51,787 nt of DNA. Source: a bacterium. Lineage in GTDB: Bacteria > JAHJDO01. Below the pieces are notes generated by a model. That model searched no databases. It saw only the letters and a program-made list of their open reading frames with translations, and was not told the DNA's origin. This document shows positions 51,501 through 51,787 of this stretch, piece by piece. Every line of letters starts with the position of its first letter. Position 1 is the stretch's first letter. The stretch is from the NCBI GenBank assembly GCA_043824255.1, contig JBDRTG010000025.1, positions 1 through 51,787 on the forward strand, written 5' to 3'. The position numbers and the translations under genes are program-made.

Positions 51501-51612
51501 TCTCCTGGGAATAAACATTTGGAAATACTACTAAAGAAAATGTCCAGATTAAAATTATGCAGCTTAGGTGCTTTCTAAAGTTTATCCCTCTAATCTTTTG
51601 TAAAATAGACAT
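48562..51612 (-). CDS. Secreted multi-domain protein: CBM4/9-like modules plus putative TIM-barrel glycoside hydrolase (paralog B)
   Basis: Signal/TM segment; NLIINPGFEEG...VYFDDI, LWVDDI, NLVENGNFE; C-terminal GVYWDYE, CFCDRC, WTKFKCWQ. Confidence 0.65.
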   Translation of the reverse strand: MSILQKIRGINFRKHLSCIILIWTFSLVVFPNVYSQEKPRGKNLIINPGFEEGNNGWGFKQAEVVSSDAHTGKYCVRVAGGDYNAAFQDIAVEKGKKYRFSVYVKVPSGENVFWVVVISDSQEWIKGTYRQGKAILPSWTKIEQLYPYQPITFTANESTVRVSLWNRKGSSEDASVYFDDIVLELVNEEVSVNTSNNEIKVVSQEKLQISNNKGLSSLVKPKALIFPKDSIQYFFSPFRPSKEGINDYNLIFEVPQGFILQKDMFNTIWNWTGGTQFKVPKNIVMEKIRRNGIDYDKYILPFQLSSQGSIRIRKDTKYKISCMAKGNLEGGNIALYVRWGRADGGYIEYVPAILFEGAFGWKKFEKVLTPPGGAEMIGIWVIKWESSQAKGTLWVDDIKLYDEAKSKDNLVENGNFEDLENIENNWPGLTNGGNIRLVNEPKESQGQNHCLMMKADKALLGKRQTISHTIPEPFHIGPTIATATFFKLTGEMGKEYKIYYHWETADKSMSESEKEINITLDDNTSPKTPKHIETAMWLAEGPFGGCGGKMQNTLTAIFKNTGINTCYTETIDPYQLVNDVNDDIATINVKLPFMNKLKGFKNIGYLYYTYNSMGPFNLNYTEKHPEFWSVAFNGAKSKDHRICLTHILKDGAENNPFWKMFLALTEKLIIENNLDGVYWDYEQGMPMPDIKTLNNFSSPQSGACFCDRCIAEFKKFAHIEDLEKQPSKKIIIEDYPYDKLKEPVRSLIKNYPLEWTKFKCWQDSELWRMLRDSVKKANPNASFRIYTGPYKDGYWTYYDRGILRSSEHYGVSWPMAGKYIDVAMGCHNPGFYSRVEAVLLKEAVKSQRQDDIDIPVILDVTLAGNMATYGTEDDVKIRILNTVALCGAKGVGIWGLWKMDSSYYARVREAISVIADFEDFFLKGRQCDFLASVNKTYPELKMTVWLKGEKRLVFLFNESADEKRITLTNLYLGPQPSDRIIASDYDTKEVYPNPEIIKITIPPKDVKIILINNRIL
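51061..51488. repeat. 428-bp direct repeat, copy 2 (CBM-like module)
   Basis: Partner of 46584-47011. Confidence 0.92.
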
Positions 51613-51644
51613 CGTTACCCCCTTATTTTATTTTTGTATTTTTT

Positions 51645-51787
51645 TTATGGTGTCCAGATATCGTCCGAGGTCCCCCATGTATTATCCGCATCATCCTTGT
51701 CCATCCACTTGACATGACCATCACAAAAAAGAATATTGGCTCCTCCACTATGGCGGTTATCTAATGCACAATAGAGATACCAGCTAC
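51645..51787 (-). CDS. 3' end of an H-X9-DG-CTERM (DUF1559-type) prepilin-like protein, truncated by the window edge
   Basis: Minus strand reads ...SWYLYCALDNRHSGGANILFCDGHVKWMDKDDADNTWGTSDDIWTP*, containing RH.GG.N..F.DGHV. Confidence 0.85.
   Translation of the reverse strand, partial: SWYLYCALDNRHSGGANILFCDGHVKWMDKDDADNTWGTSDDIWTP

Overview
A gene-dense bacterial window made of two compositionally different blocks that meet at an initiator tRNA-Met gene (10572-10648). The left ~10.5 kb is GC-rich (about 55-58% in hand-counted spot lines). It encodes a PilT-like ATPase, a MauE/DoxX-rhodanese pair, ComM/YifB, an MltD-like LysM lytic transglycosylase, an MglA-like GTPase with no MglB neighbour, and a metallopeptidase/beta-propeller/Omp85 protein with two lipoproteins. 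The right ~41 kb is AT-rich (about 35-40%) and carries core housekeeping genes: iscU, purC, mreBCD-mrdA, bioHCD, rdgB, msbA, lpxB, metG and argG. Because these are core genes rather than island cargo, a chimeric join at the tRNA is suspected. The last 18 kb is a carbohydrate-utilisation region: fucose isomerase, GH29 fucosidase, a URO-D-fold protein, split sugar ABC components, a sulfatase, two large paralogous CBM plus putative glycoside-hydrolase proteins sharing a ~90%-identical 428-bp module, and the 3' end of an H-X9-DG-CTERM (DUF1559-type) pilin-like gene. Features missed by the ORF track: a 48-aa zinc-ribbon (DUF5679-like) gene, the truncated pilin-like gene, a TGT...ACA mini-IS relic and several heptamer repeats. 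A stand-alone PcrA/UvrD C-terminal domain gene is also notable. No CRISPR array, rRNA, intact integrase or reverse transcriptase was seen. All family calls come from motif recognition by eye; no database searches were run.
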